A program made the position numbers and the translations under genes. DNA of 64,000 nucleotides. Origin: Candidatus Kapaibacterium sp. (lineage in GTDB: Bacteria; Bacteroidota; Ignavibacteria; Kapaibacteriales; UBA2268). Position 1 is the first letter of the stretch, and the number at the start of each line of letters is the position of its first letter. Location: contig OY762428.1 in the NCBI GenBank assembly GCA_963665665.1, forward strand, positions 4,832,001 through 4,896,000, written 5' to 3'. Below, in pieces: positions 30,957 to 40,883 of the stretch. A model generated the notes under the pieces. That model did no database searches, was not told the DNA's origin, and saw only the letters and a program-made list of their open reading frames with translations.

Positions 30957-33377
30957 TCATTTATTATACGGCAATTTGATAATACATTTTGCATACTTTC
31001 CTTCTTCTGATTCAAACTTCATTTCGCCATTATGCCCGTTTCGTATAATATCATAGCTCAGGGATAGTCCCAGGCCTGTACCTTCGCCTGTTGGTTTGGT
31101 AGTGAAAAATGGATTCATCACCTTGTTAATAATATTTTTCGGAATCCCGTTACCGTTATCCCGAAAACCTATTTCAATATATCCGTTATTCAATTTTGTT
31201 GATACTTTCAGATCGGCCATGAAACCGTTTTTCTGCTCTTCGTTTTTTTTCATTGTGGAATAGCAGGCATTATCAACAATATTGGTTATTACTCTGCTAA
31301 TTTCCTGATGATTAAGTTCCAAAGGCGGATTTTCATCGCACAGCTCAAAGTTCAGGGCTGCCGTGAAATGTTTGTATTCCCCCCTGAAACCATGATAGGC
31401 AAGTTTTGTATATTCCTCGATGAAACTATTAATATTAACGGTTGTTTTTTCACCATTACCCGATCTGGCATGTTCCATCATTGAGCGGACAATACTGTCA
31501 ATTCTCTGACCATTCCTTTTTATCGTATCAAGGTGGCTTCTGACTTCATTGAATGTGCCGGCATAATAATTAAAATCATCCTCACCGATTTTATCCCTGA
31601 GTTCATCAAATTCCTCAGCGATCTCTTCCAGAAGTTCAGAAGTACCGTCGGAATAATTGGTAATAAAATTCAGGGGATTCTTTATCTCATGGGCTATTCC
31701 TGTAGTAAGCTGTCCGAGCGAAGCCATTTTTTCGGCCTGTATAAGCTGGTTTTGTGTTGTTTTCAGTTCTTCGTGCGAACGTATTATCTCATCGTATGAT
31801 TGAGCGTTGATAATTGCTATAGCAACGTAGGATGCAATATTTCTAAGCCAGTCAGTAATATTACTACTATATGCATTTTCTTCCTGGCTTTCTATTGATA
31901 TAACACCTATTGTCTGATCTTCGATGATTATTGGCAGATATATAGCAGACATGGAATTGAGTGTGATCGTTTCAACATTATCGTTGAAATATTCGGGATA
32001 GGATTCAATCAATTCAGCCTTATCTTTTCCTAAATCGGTAATAACTATTTCATTTCCTGTAAGCACACATACATTATCAATTCTTGATGTTTTTTGCAGA
32101 TCGGTAATAACTTCTCTTTGCTTCTCGGATCGCTCGATAACAAGCTTGTAGTTTATGGCATTCTTTTCATCATCAACAAGGCCGATAGCAAATGTAGAGG
32201 AATCTATAACGCCACGCAGATGCATGTATAATTTAGTGATAATATCGTCAAAATTCAGAACAGATGTTATACTTTTACCTATTGAACCAAGCAGGGCAAG
32301 ATTTTCGAGTGATTCCTGGAGGTCGGATGTCAGCCTGCCAAGTTCATTATTATTGTCTTCAAGGCGTTTGTTCTGCTCGAGAATAGTTTTGTTTGAACTA
32401 CTTATATCACCGGCCATCTGGTTAAAGCTTTCCGAAAGGTCCTGTATCTCGTCCCCGGTTTTAATATTCACCCTTATATCAAGATCGCCTCTGCCAATGG
32501 CGATTGCAGCATTCCTTAGTTTCTCTACGGGCTTGGTTATGCTCCTGGCCAGGGTAATTGAAATCAGAATTGCCAGAATTATTGAAATTACCACAACAAA
32601 TATTTGAATTATCCTTATCGTATCTGCTTTTGCTTCTTTCTGAGCTGCTATCTGCCGGATTTTCTGATTTAGTTCGAACTCGCTGTTTATAAGAATAGTT
32701 TCTAAAGAATCTATTTTCCTGAAAGTGGATATAAGTGAAATAAAATTATCAAGGTAAATATTCGAAAGTCTGTGAATCTCGGATTCTGTCCGGGGATTTC
32801 CCACAACTTCCGAGGCTGTGGAGTTAAGCTTTTCAACAACATTTTTTACTTTGTCGATATATTTATTCTTGCGTCTCATAATATAATCTTTTTCACTTCT
32901 GCGGGCCTGAAGCATATATACATATAATTGATAATTATTCATGGATTTTATGATATCTTCAATATTATGAACGCTTTCCCTGAAACGGCCCTCCACGCCG
33001 TGATTTTCATCCAAGCCCCTTACGCGGTATTGTTTCACGTATTCGTCAAACAGGCTTCTGTACTGCTTCTGCTTTTCAATCAAAAAACGTGTATCTTTTT
33101 CAGTTTTGTAATCGTCGATGGTTTTAACGAAGTCATTCATAAGGGAAGTGAAAACACCGGATAGCAGGGTATCCCTTTTGCGGGAAAAATCGGTACGAAC
33201 CTGTGATGATCTGAGAAGAAGTGTATGTGCCTTCCTGAAATTATCACGATTGTTCTGAACTTTGTAGGTATAAATAGAGATAAGAGCTACAAGTAATATC
33301 AATGCTCCAAGGCCGCTTGCAAGAAACAAAAGTTTCTTATATAAGGTCATCTTTAAATTTAACATTATCAAACCCAA
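30957..33377 (-). CDS. Membrane sensor histidine kinase (periplasmic helical domain, HAMP, GAF, HisKA, HATPase)
   Basis: Two TM helices flanking an LQARRSEKDY periplasmic region; HAMP (ITKPVEKL..DEIQDLSESFNQM); GAF; EKMASLGQLTTGIAHEIKNPL; PFFTTKPTGEGTGLGL. Confidence 0.9.
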   Translation of the reverse strand: MGLIMLNLKMTLYKKLLFLASGLGALILLVALISIYTYKVQNNRDNFRKAHTLLLRSSQVRTDFSRKRDTLLSGVFTSLMNDFVKTIDDYKTEKDTRFLIEKQKQYRSLFDEYVKQYRVRGLDENHGVEGRFRESVHNIEDIIKSMNNYQLYVYMLQARRSEKDYIMRRKNKYIDKVKNVVEKLNSTASEVVGNPRTESEIHRLSNIYLDNFISLISTFRKIDSLETILINSEFELNQKIRQIAAQKEAKADTIRIIQIFVVVISIILAILISITLARSITKPVEKLRNAAIAIGRGDLDIRVNIKTGDEIQDLSESFNQMAGDISSSNKTILEQNKRLEDNNNELGRLTSDLQESLENLALLGSIGKSITSVLNFDDIITKLYMHLRGVIDSSTFAIGLVDDEKNAINYKLVIERSEKQREVITDLQKTSRIDNVCVLTGNEIVITDLGKDKAELIESYPEYFNDNVETITLNSMSAIYLPIIIEDQTIGVISIESQEENAYSSNITDWLRNIASYVAIAIINAQSYDEIIRSHEELKTTQNQLIQAEKMASLGQLTTGIAHEIKNPLNFITNYSDGTSELLEEIAEEFDELRDKIGEDDFNYYAGTFNEVRSHLDTIKRNGQRIDSIVRSMMEHARSGNGEKTTVNINSFIEEYTKLAYHGFRGEYKHFTAALNFELCDENPPLELNHQEISRVITNIVDNACYSTMKKNEEQKNGFMADLKVSTKLNNGYIEIGFRDNGNGIPKNIINKVMNPFFTTKPTGEGTGLGLSLSYDIIRNGHNGEMKFESEEGKYAKCIIKLPYNK

Positions 33378-33505
33378 ACATCATCAAACCTAATCCATAC
33401 ATCAACAGCTTGCAAGATAGTATATGAAAGTGAACTCTGTTTGAATGAAATGTTAATTTTCAATGAAGTTCAAAAAAACAGATTTTCTGCCAATAGTAGA
33501 AAACG

Positions 33506-35293
33506 TTAACCTTCTTTGTCATCAAGTTGCAATTTTTCTATTCTTGATTTTATCGCTCCCCTCGACCGTTTAAAGTGTTTTGATAAATCTTTAATAGTAA
33601 TGCCTTCAGTATACATAATTGATAGTTTTTCATCATGGTTTTTAGTCCATGGTTTATATGCATTTTCGAATATTGTTCGAATATTTGCAACATTATTAGT
33701 TAGATCCTTTTTGAGACTTCCATCTGTTTTATTTTTTGTAATATTATGGTTAAGAAGTTCATTTTTTTCATCTTTTTTTCTAATTGGTAAAAAATATATA
33801 TGTTTTGATTGATTATAAAAATCCTTAATTAATGAATCTGGTAAATATAATCGGTTTTTAGTTCTAGTAATTGCTACATATATTAAATTAATTTCCTCAT
33901 TTATTTTGGTTAGAATATGCTCATTTATTTTTTTATCAGATAATAATATATCCATTTTCTCTTCAGTAATAAAGTCATTAACAATTTGAATTGCATCATA
34001 TTCCATACCTTTACAGCGATGAACTGTTGAAAATATAATTTCAGCTTCATCTTTATGATTATCATCAACATGTTTATTCTTTATTGTTTCCAGTATTTTC
34101 GGAATGTCATTACCATATTCTTTTACAATATCTATCATCATTTTTAATTGAATATCTTCGGTTTTATCTATGTAATCATTCAAATCCTTGATAGTTTTCA
34201 TTTTTTTGATTAGCTTGTCTTTTATCAATCTATGTTTACCAATATAAAGATTTAAAACATCATAAAGAGAGGCTCCTTCATCTGCATAGGTATAAGAGCT
34301 AATGTTACCTTCGAAATAGATTTTCTTAACTTTTTTCTTCTCTGTAACATAAGCTATTGCCTTTTGCAATAAACCCAAATTTGTCCTTGCAATAACAGCT
34401 TTGGTAATAATTCTATCAGAAATTCCTACTCCTGAAATATTGAGCTCTACGTTATAATTTAATTTTTTCTTCCATTTTAAAATTTCCATTGCAAGATCTG
34501 CAATATCCTGACTAAATCTAAAACTTTTTGAAAGGTTGAAGTTTTTAAAATTTGACTTTTCAAGAGAATTTATTGCAAAACGCCAACCATAAATCTGTTG
34601 ATGTGTATCGCCAACAAGGACTTTTACTGATTTTTGGTTATAAAAAACATTAAGCATTGCGGCAGAAGCATCTTGTCCTTCGTCGAAAAGAATATAATCA
34701 TAATGTAATTTTGGTTTTGAAAGTTGAAATTTTTTTAAATAAAAATCATGAGTAATTGCAATTTCACTTCTGTCCATTTTTCCAAGAAATAATCTTGTCT
34801 GTTTAACAATGTAATTATAATAATTTGAAACAAATAACTTTGACTTTTTATCTGATATAATATCTAAATAATTGAGATCGGTTACTTTTTCTTTATCACT
34901 ATTGCAAAAATATAACATAAATTTATTTATAAAATTTGCTATTATAAATTCTGAATATTCATCTCCAAAGTTTTTTATTCTTAATAACTCTGTAATTTCG
35001 TGTGTTTTATAACCATGAGATTTTATCTTATAGTTACCATTAAAAACAATATTTTTATAAGCTAACGAATGAGCTGTTTCAACTTTTACATTATATAAAC
35101 CGATATTATTAAATTTATTAGCTGCTTCTAATTTTACTGATTTATTAAATGCAAGATATAAAATTTTACAATTTCTGGGTCTAGCTTTTGCATATTCAAT
35201 CAAGGTAGTTGTTTTCCCAGAACCAGCAACAGCATTTATTTTAATATTGCCAGAAGAGCTAATTATATCTTTTTGTTCATCTGTTAACATCAT
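33506..35293 (-). CDS. UvrD/Rep-like SF1 helicase (compact, FBH1-like core) with C-terminal Myb/HTH-like module
   Basis: LTDEQ, AVAGSGKT, YLAFN, FDEGQD, VGDTHQQIYGWR, SFRF, STVHRCKGME, YVAITRTK; tail AYKPWT..D..L...FKRSRGAIKSRIEKL. Confidence 0.88.
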   Translation of the reverse strand: MMLTDEQKDIISSSGNIKINAVAGSGKTTTLIEYAKARPRNCKILYLAFNKSVKLEAANKFNNIGLYNVKVETAHSLAYKNIVFNGNYKIKSHGYKTHEITELLRIKNFGDEYSEFIIANFINKFMLYFCNSDKEKVTDLNYLDIISDKKSKLFVSNYYNYIVKQTRLFLGKMDRSEIAITHDFYLKKFQLSKPKLHYDYILFDEGQDASAAMLNVFYNQKSVKVLVGDTHQQIYGWRFAINSLEKSNFKNFNLSKSFRFSQDIADLAMEILKWKKKLNYNVELNISGVGISDRIITKAVIARTNLGLLQKAIAYVTEKKKVKKIYFEGNISSYTYADEGASLYDVLNLYIGKHRLIKDKLIKKMKTIKDLNDYIDKTEDIQLKMMIDIVKEYGNDIPKILETIKNKHVDDNHKDEAEIIFSTVHRCKGMEYDAIQIVNDFITEEKMDILLSDKKINEHILTKINEEINLIYVAITRTKNRLYLPDSLIKDFYNQSKHIYFLPIRKKDEKNELLNHNITKNKTDGSLKKDLTNNVANIRTIFENAYKPWTKNHDEKLSIMYTEGITIKDLSKHFKRSRGAIKSRIEKLQLDDKEG

Positions 35294-35350
35294 AATAAAA
35301 AAATTAACAAAAAAATTTTAATTATTTCATTTAAATTACAAAAACTACTT

Positions 35351-36151
35351 TCATTTCCTGCCCTGAAACAAGGTGTATGTATAAAAACCATAATAATCAG
35401 GATCAGCAGGTAAGAAATTTTCTGAATCCGCTATGCAAAGACTCTGGAATTGTTCCCAATCTTCTTTCGAAACCTCATTCCGGCTGCTGCCCCAGAACAT
35501 TTGAAAAAATATTGCAAGTGCTTTCTTATGATCTTCGCTCAAAGGGCCGCTGATATCACCTGCAAAGGTTTTTGCTTTAACATCGCTAAAACCTGCATTC
35601 CTAAGCCAGTTTAGGGCGTATAAGATATGATTCTCATGTTTCATATCTTCAATGTAGGGAGCATTAGCCTTCTCGGATGAGTTTAGCCTTCCTTCCAGCA
35701 ATGGATAGCCCGGGAGCAGCTTTTGTGACGACCAGAAAAGCAGGTTGACTGTGCCCCCCGGCTTTAATGTTTCGTGGAACTGCCGAAGTATTGCATCAGG
35801 TTTTTCAGCCGGGCAGCCATATTCTTCAGGGCCGGCCCAAACTGTATCCATACTCCATATCCAGTCGAAGGAATTTTCAGGCAGTTCAAGATGATTAATA
35901 TCCCCCTGAACAAATTTGATATTTTTAGGTCTGTGATTAATTGCATGGTTTATAAATTCCGAAGAATAGTCCAGCCCCAGAATACTCCCTTCCGCAGAAA
36001 TCCTTTCAGCCAACAATTTAGTAATGCTTCCGATACCACAGCCAATATCAATACCATCGCTTACAGGGGCAATATTGATATTATCAATAATTTTTTTAAT
36101 CAAAGGTTCTCTGAACTTTGACAACAATTCATAAGTATTAATCTGATTCAA
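35351..36151 (-). CDS. Class I SAM-dependent methyltransferase
   Basis: IDIGCGIG, GLDYS, QGD, FDWIW, LKPGG. Confidence 0.88.
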   Translation of the reverse strand: MNQINTYELLSKFREPLIKKIIDNINIAPVSDGIDIGCGIGSITKLLAERISAEGSILGLDYSSEFINHAINHRPKNIKFVQGDINHLELPENSFDWIWSMDTVWAGPEEYGCPAEKPDAILRQFHETLKPGGTVNLLFWSSQKLLPGYPLLEGRLNSSEKANAPYIEDMKHENHILYALNWLRNAGFSDVKAKTFAGDISGPLSEDHKKALAIFFQMFWGSSRNEVSKEDWEQFQSLCIADSENFLPADPDYYGFYTYTLFQGRK

Positions 36152-36241
36152 TGCTTTCCTTACTCACTTATTCGGAAAATTTTATATCAATGAAAAATTA
36201 CAGGTTTAAACCCAATGGATTTTAATAGTTTAACTGGATGG

Positions 36242-36664
36242 TCAGCTATCAAGAATATCGTTGTAATCAACAGTTATATTCATTTTGGTAGTAACAAAAT
36301 CTCTTATTTTTTTTGCAAAAACCATGGCATCTTCAACAATTCCATTAGAAAGAAAAATGGTCTCATTCGGATATCTTATTTCTACAGCATAACCCTGCAA
36401 TTCCGTAACAATATCAAAATAGCGGCCGAAATCCGGATCTGTCTCAGTTATTAAATCAAGTAAATAGGCCAAATCATGAGAATATCTAAAATCAGTATTT
36501 CTATAAATCAGGAAAGCCTTAAAATATTTCTCAATTGCCTGTTGGCAATGAAAGGTTACAGTATCAAGATATTCGGGTATATTAAGATAAGTTATTTTGG
36601 CAGTACCCAGATCATGGTCACCTTTTCTGATCCATTGCTTTATATCGTTAATTGGATCGTTCAT
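36242..36664 (-). CDS. HEPN domain protein (COG2250-type) of an MNT-HEPN pair
   Basis: W..K.D.DL, FHCQQAIEKYFKAFL, HDL, RYP; overlaps the upstream MNT gene. Confidence 0.88.
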   Translation of the reverse strand: MNDPINDIKQWIRKGDHDLGTAKITYLNIPEYLDTVTFHCQQAIEKYFKAFLIYRNTDFRYSHDLAYLLDLITETDPDFGRYFDIVTELQGYAVEIRYPNETIFLSNGIVEDAMVFAKKIRDFVTTKMNITVDYNDILDS

Positions 36665-36968
36665 ACAAAGTTTTTCCATAATTTAAAACTTGATATACAA
36701 AACCATGTTTGTCATCTTTCGATTTCTCTATTTCACTTGGAGTATAAACTATTATATCAATCGGAATTCCGGTTCCCAGTAATATTTTTCTAACAAAAAA
36801 GGTTCTCTGCGGCCTTGGCAAGTCGCTGTCTTTTATAACAAACAAGTCTAAATCACTATTCTCATCCTGATTTCCAATAGCATAAGAACCGAAAAGTATG
36901 ATTTTTTCGGGATTGTAACCTGCTACAATCTTTTTAATAACTTCCGATATTTTATCTGCATCAATCAT
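36648..36968 (-). CDS. Minimal nucleotidyltransferase (MNT); probable start MIDADKI at 36968
   Basis: PEKIILFGSYAIG..SDLDL, IDIIVYTP motifs; the longer ORF-track N-terminus overlaps the upstream gene and its terminator. Confidence 0.88.
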   Translation of the reverse strand: MIDADKISEVIKKIVAGYNPEKIILFGSYAIGNQDENSDLDLFVIKDSDLPRPQRTFFVRKILLGTGIPIDIIVYTPSEIEKSKDDKHGFVYQVLNYGKTLYERSN

Positions 36969-37033
36969 AATTGCCAACAATATACAATTTTTTTTTAAAG
37001 AATCAATAGAAAGCTGGCAGGGCAAATTGCTAT

Positions 37034-37073
37034 AAAAAAAATTCATCCGATGACTGCCTGCCACCGGATGAAT
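37034..37073 (-). terminator. Intrinsic terminator ending the ECF operon 40374-37084
   Basis: ATTCATCCG...CGGATGAAT stem with adjacent A-tract (T-tract on minus strand) just after the stop at 37084. Confidence 0.65.
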
Positions 37074-37083
37074 CATTCTGAAA

Positions 37084-38049
37084 TCAGTCTTTTTCAAATT
37101 TATAAATGCTGCATGGATTTTTTCCGCTGGCCCATATGGTTTCCTGATCCAGAATAAATATCTGGTCAATTCTGTTATCGAAAAGATGGCCGCTATCCTG
37201 CCAGGTTTCACCACCATCAATTGATACGATAAATCCGCCTCCGTCATTTCTTGACCCGCAGGCTCCGTAAGCAACTTTATCATTAACAAATTCAATATCA
37301 CTTATACCGAATGCTGTATTCGATTCCAGTTCAATCCATGATTTCCCGCCGTCAGTGCTTTTTAGCAATGTTCCCCAGTTACCGCCAATAAGAATAGTAC
37401 CATTGGGGGCAACACAAATATCCTGAAGGTAGGAGTTTACCGTTTCCATTATTTCCCAGGTCTCCCCACCGTCGTTAGTTTTCATTATGTAGCCTATCTG
37501 CCAGCTTTTACCATCAGTATAAACAAATGTTCCTACTGTCATTATACCGTTGTCCGCATCAAAGAAGTGCATTGTAGATACCCAGTCTGCAACGGGAAGC
37601 TTAAACTTTTCCCAGTTGGCGCCGCCGTCTGTAGTCCTGAATACGTGCCCGTGCCTGGTAGCCACCCAGCCGGTATTTTCATCAACAAAGAATAAATTAC
37701 TAAGGTAAGTTTTTGTAATATCCAGGCTGATGTCCTGCCATGTTTTACCCCCGTCCTCGGTTTTCATTATTGTGCCATACTCGCCGCATACATACCCCTT
37801 GGTTTCACTGACAAACTGCATCCCCCACAATTCCTGCTTTGTACCTGTATAAATATACTCCCAGCTTTTGCCGCCGTCGGTTGTTTCCGCCATGTATCCG
37901 TCGGGAGCAATCATAAGCCCTTCCAGTTCATTGAAGAAAATAAAATCGCGGGAGAAATATGCTCTTTCTGTAAATATTTTATTCCACTCAGCCTGCAAGG
38001 TGTTCATACCTGCAATTACGAGAATTATTAAAATTATTATCTTTTTCAT
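37084..38049 (-). CDS. Secreted YCF48-like/BNR-repeat beta-propeller
   Basis: Signal peptide; six TxDGGxxW-type BNR/Asp-box repeats. Confidence 0.88.
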   Translation of the reverse strand: MKKIIILIILVIAGMNTLQAEWNKIFTERAYFSRDFIFFNELEGLMIAPDGYMAETTDGGKSWEYIYTGTKQELWGMQFVSETKGYVCGEYGTIMKTEDGGKTWQDISLDITKTYLSNLFFVDENTGWVATRHGHVFRTTDGGANWEKFKLPVADWVSTMHFFDADNGIMTVGTFVYTDGKSWQIGYIMKTNDGGETWEIMETVNSYLQDICVAPNGTILIGGNWGTLLKSTDGGKSWIELESNTAFGISDIEFVNDKVAYGACGSRNDGGGFIVSIDGGETWQDSGHLFDNRIDQIFILDQETIWASGKNPCSIYKFEKD

Positions 38050-38063
38050 TTTACTACCAAAAA

Positions 38064-39821
38064 TTATTGTTTAACAAATCTGATCACAGCTACTTCGCCC
38101 ATGTTTGTTTTCACCGAAGCAAGGTAGATACCCGGCTGCAGGCCGCTAAGATTAATATTTATTGTATATTCACCCGGACTGAGCAATTGTTCGTTCCGAA
38201 TTTCCCGGACAAAATCTCCGTTTGTTCTGTAAAGATTAATACTAACCTTTGCCGAATTATTTATCCTGAATTTCATTGATGTGGAATTCAGCGCCGGATT
38301 AGGAAAAATATTCTGTATGCTTACCGGGCCGGAAGATATCCTGCAAATATCATAGAAAGATTCGTCTTCGTTGAATCCCTTGCAGGCTTCTTCTTCAGGC
38401 ATTGCTCCTGAACGTATCTGCCTGAGTATTTCGGCTTCCTTTCTTAATTTTTTGGCATAACGATCCGGTAGTGCGTTTAAAAATTCATCCGTTGGATAGT
38501 ACCAGAGTACAACCCTTTCGGCGTAGTAGTCATCATGATTATCGAAATATTCATTCAAATTTATCTCTACCGGAACCATATCTTTGTAATAAGGATCGCT
38601 ATTTGTCAGGAAAAGCGGATGCCTCGGGTTATGGATGAAGAACAAGGGCGTTTTAAATACGCGATTAAGAATATTATCTCTTTTGTCTTTATAAGTACAT
38701 GTATAAAGAAGCGGCGAGATTCCGGAATACCCGTCAATACCTTGGCCGTCATAATTTTGCAGGTTGATATCCAATCCTATAGCAGATTTTATTTGTCCAA
38801 GGCGGTTCATTTCTTCGTTTGCGAGTTGTGCTTTTCTTCTCTTTTCTTCCGGCCAGCGGCTGTCATAACCATGATAGTCCAGGTCTTTCATCTTACGGCT
38901 TATTTCTTCTTTTTTATCTCTTATTTTCCAGTCTTTTATTTCGACGGCTATATGTTCTTTCACACAGAAGAGGCTTCCGTCCAAAGGATATTCGGCTTTT
39001 ACATATTTCTGAACCTCTTCACTATTGCGGTATTCATCCAGTCTTTTATAATCAATCGGGTGAATTCGGTCAGTTCTTTCAGTTATAAATTCAACTGTAT
39101 TGCCTGTTAACTTTACTCCGATCTTTTCAAGTTCTTCCCTGTTAAGATTCAGGACAACTATTCCGCCTATACTGTGCCCTGTTCTTTTATCGTTGGCCGA
39201 AGGGTGCAGAAGTATGCTGGTGTTATCTTTCCCTCCGCTTCCAATAGCAAATGATGTAGTGGTATTACTGCTACCGTTATTTTCCACTGATCTGAGTTTT
39301 CGGACAATTCTGCCTTTGTATTTTAAAACTCCGTTATTTTCTTCAATACTCTTTCCCTCGTTTGGATATTCATAATATTCAATTATCCTTCTCTGCTTAA
39401 TATCCTCTTTCTTTTCAGATTTGTCCTTTCCTTTTTCTTTTGGTGATTCATCTGAATTAATATTATCTGATATAATATTATTTTCTAATAATTTAACTGT
39501 ATTCACATCAGAATTGCTTTTATCGCTTTTCTCAGTCGTTTTCGTGATTATATTTGAATTTGCTGTGCCCAGGGCAGTTGTTGTTACAACGTTTTCATCC
39601 GCCTGGTTTGTGAATATCAGCATTAACGCGCTGACTAAAATACCTGCTCCCGTGAGTGGCATGATTAACCTCCTGAAAATCTTTGGTTTAACATTTGATA
39701 AATTCGTTTGTACAGATTTTTTATCAATAATGCTCCGGAGCATATCTTCGCTTAAAAGTTCTTCCCGGTTGCGCAATTGGCCGAGATCTTCCAAACTTTT
39801 ATTTAAATCGATTTTTTTCAT
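38064..39821 (-). CDS. Putative single-pass anti-sigma factor carrying a C-terminal T9SS sorting domain
   Basis: Directly downstream of an ECF sigma; about 50-aa hydrophilic N-terminus, KIFRR then hydrophobic helix, T/S/N/K/E-rich linker, globular core, IFPNPA...LQPGIYLASV..RFVKQ CTD. Confidence 0.7.
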   Translation of the reverse strand: MKKIDLNKSLEDLGQLRNREELLSEDMLRSIIDKKSVQTNLSNVKPKIFRRLIMPLTGAGILVSALMLIFTNQADENVVTTTALGTANSNIITKTTEKSDKSNSDVNTVKLLENNIISDNINSDESPKEKGKDKSEKKEDIKQRRIIEYYEYPNEGKSIEENNGVLKYKGRIVRKLRSVENNGSSNTTTSFAIGSGGKDNTSILLHPSANDKRTGHSIGGIVVLNLNREELEKIGVKLTGNTVEFITERTDRIHPIDYKRLDEYRNSEEVQKYVKAEYPLDGSLFCVKEHIAVEIKDWKIRDKKEEISRKMKDLDYHGYDSRWPEEKRRKAQLANEEMNRLGQIKSAIGLDINLQNYDGQGIDGYSGISPLLYTCTYKDKRDNILNRVFKTPLFFIHNPRHPLFLTNSDPYYKDMVPVEINLNEYFDNHDDYYAERVVLWYYPTDEFLNALPDRYAKKLRKEAEILRQIRSGAMPEEEACKGFNEDESFYDICRISSGPVSIQNIFPNPALNSTSMKFRINNSAKVSINLYRTNGDFVREIRNEQLLSPGEYTININLSGLQPGIYLASVKTNMGEVAVIRFVKQ

Positions 39822-39834
39822 TATTCAACCCGAG

Positions 39835-40374
39835 TTATATTTTCATTGAAACGGTTTTAATATCCCGAATGCTGTTTTCTGATACCTCGATACCAAGTTC
39901 TTTCCTTACAAGCTTCTTTGCTCTGAACAGGCGCAGCTTTACGTTAGATAGCGAAGTATTCATAATATTTGCAATTTCCTTTTGGCTAAAGCCCTGAATA
40001 TAGAACAATATCAGTGTTTCCCTGTATTTAGAATCCAAATGGTTTATTGCCTCCATCATCAGGTTTATATCGCACCTGATTTCCGGGCTGACTTCCTGCA
40101 TTTTCAGATTGTCCAAAACGCTTTGGTCAGTGGCATCAAACCTTGCAAGCCTGCTCCTGTTCTTGTTGTAAAGCCGGTAGGCTATAGTAAACAGATAGCT
40201 GAGGAAAGCCTGTTTGTTCTTCAGTCTGTCAAATCCCTCGAAAGCTGCCAGCACGGTTGAAGCTGTAAGGTCTTTCGCCTTATCGCGGCTACCTGTAATT
40301 ACAATGGCGAACCTTTCCAGCCTCTCCTTCAGCGGCATGTAGAGTTCAAGGAATTCATCATTCTTGTTTTTCAA
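39835..40374 (-). CDS. ECF sigma-70 family RNA polymerase sigma factor
   Basis: Region 2 (AKDL...AFLSYLFTIAYR) and region 4 (QGFSQKEIANIMNTSLSNVKLRLFRAK); 179 aa. Confidence 0.93.
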   Translation of the reverse strand: MKNKNDEFLELYMPLKERLERFAIVITGSRDKAKDLTASTVLAAFEGFDRLKNKQAFLSYLFTIAYRLYNKNRSRLARFDATDQSVLDNLKMQEVSPEIRCDINLMMEAINHLDSKYRETLILFYIQGFSQKEIANIMNTSLSNVKLRLFRAKKLVRKELGIEVSENSIRDIKTVSMKI

Positions 40375-40883
40375 ATCAATAATTAACCGGTTAATAAAAC
40401 AAATTCGCGCTTTAATTTCACAGTATGTTCCGCAAAATCCAAAAAGGTTACAAGAATTGCAAAATTATTTTTTTGGCCCCGGTGTTTGGCAATGATACTT
40501 AAGGAACAATATACATGTAATAATAATAATATCTAATATCTTGTAAAAAAATTGTATCTGAATCACAGCCACAGGAAGCAGGATGATTAACAACAATCAC
40601 GGGAATAAAGCCGGAGTAAGCTATCGGAAAGGATTCCAAAGCCGGCAGCGGGTTAATTACCCTCATCCGACAGAAATCCTGTGCTAAATGATCATTGAGT
40701 TTGCCGGGCATAGTAAACTTCAATGTTTGTATATCCTATATTCACCCGGAAAAAACAAATACCGGCTCTTCCGTACCAAAACATCAATTGAAAATAGGGA
40801 TCGACCGTTCTAATAGAACGAATTTCTATATCAAAAAAGTGAAACTCTGTGTTTTCTGAGTAGAATTTTACCTGAAAAAGTGT

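Noticed and set aside
36969-37301. N-terminal extension of the MNT ORF (217 aa)
   Set aside because: It overlaps the propeller gene and its terminator; the MNT domain begins at MIDADKI (36968)
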